From: Octopus vulgaris
Lineage: Eukaryota
Direction: 5' to 3'
Assembly (NCBI GenBank): GCA_951406725.2
Contig: OX597820.1
Location: 29,264,001 to 29,328,000, forward strand
Length of the DNA: 64,000 nucleotides
A program made the translations under genes and the position numbers. The notes under the pieces are model-generated. The model did no database searches and had not been told where the DNA came from. It was given only the letters and a program-made list of their open reading frames with translations. Shown here piece after piece: positions 63,025 to 64,000 of the stretch (position 1 is its first letter; each line of letters opens with the position of its first letter).

Positions 63025-64000
63025 GTAAGATGTTTTTTTAAATATTTCATCATTGTTTTTAAATCGTTTTGTTATATATTTAACTGTAGATTTCTTCTTG
63101 TTAGATGTGAAACAAATAAATTCTATTTGTTACTCTGATTTTTTTTTTTTTTCTTTCCGCTATCCTAGTTCTGAAATGATAAACACTTTTTAACAAATTA
63201 CATGTAAAGATCGTAGGCGTGCAGATAAAAGAAAGAAAGAAATTAAAGATCCCGTGGTTATAGACCTACAAGATGTATCTGAACTCCCCCGGAGCTAGAT
63301 TTACTTACAATCAAAGCAACAGATTTCTAATCTAAACCACATGAACCTATTATTTTCCGCTCTTTTTCTGAATTTCCTTTTTTTTTCTACTTAAGCACAC
63401 CACCCACATAATCCGGCCATTCATTGATAGTTAATGGGTTAAACAAAGCTTTTTTTTTTTATTCAATATTGTTCTTACTATCGTTTGAGGTTTATTATAA
63501 TTAATTTGATCCTTTAAATATGCTACTGTGATCCATCTATATCTGTATTTCCTTGTGAACATATTACATCAATGTCTCCCATACAGTCGATTTGTTCTGT
63601 TGTCTTCTGTAGGTAGGTAGGTAGGTAGGATGTGTGACGGTGGGGGAAAGCACTCGCCTGTTAACAAAATCGAAAGCAACACAAACTTACCTTTCAGTTG
63701 CACCAGATGTTAGGACACGTTTCTATCTATCTTAGCGAACTATGTTTATTTACCCGTTATTCCAAATTAAATCGAACAATCACTAACATCTGGAAGGGTT
63801 TTATTTTCTCTTTTATTAAATATTCTTCAAAAAAAAATTAAACTGAAGCTATTAAGTCTGTTTGCCTCTATTCTTCGTATAACTGTAAGGTGATCTTGAA
63901 ATATGTTAACTCGGCAATTTCGACAATTTATTCTCTTGGAAAATGTTATTTGTCAGATTTTTTTCTAAAATATTCATCTGTTCTATGGATATTCTTTCCT

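Overview
AT-rich, repeat-dense animal genomic DNA, most likely an octopus or other coleoid cephalopod (inferred from the SINE and RTE-LINE repertoire and the (GAT)n tails). Nearly the whole window is one minus-strand gene, TAF2 (TFIID subunit 2). I traced 30 coding exons by hand from ATG 61976 down to 2467; their splice phases are mutually consistent and give at least 1379 codons, and the gene continues past position 1. ARFGAP1 starts head-to-head on the plus strand at 62965. TAF2 has two clear minor-spliceosome (U12) GT-AG introns (3 and 14) and a possible AT-AC to GT-AG conversion relic at intron 1. Intron 14 hosts a tRNA-Val with an AAC anticodon on a Val(TAC)-type body. The introns also hold a young RTE-clade LINE with a PHD finger inside its RT domain and a hairpin-array 3'UTR, many 5'-truncated copies of it, several tRNA-derived SINE families, non-autonomous Helitrons, piggyBac/hAT/TcMar/Merlin-like MITEs, long palindromes, and Penelope-like fragments with minimal hammerhead-ribozyme motifs in three sequence variants. 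Most ORFs in the supplied track are repeat or microsatellite artefacts. Repeat boundaries are approximate unless a TSD or TIR is given. Comparisons to human proteins are from memory, not from a search.
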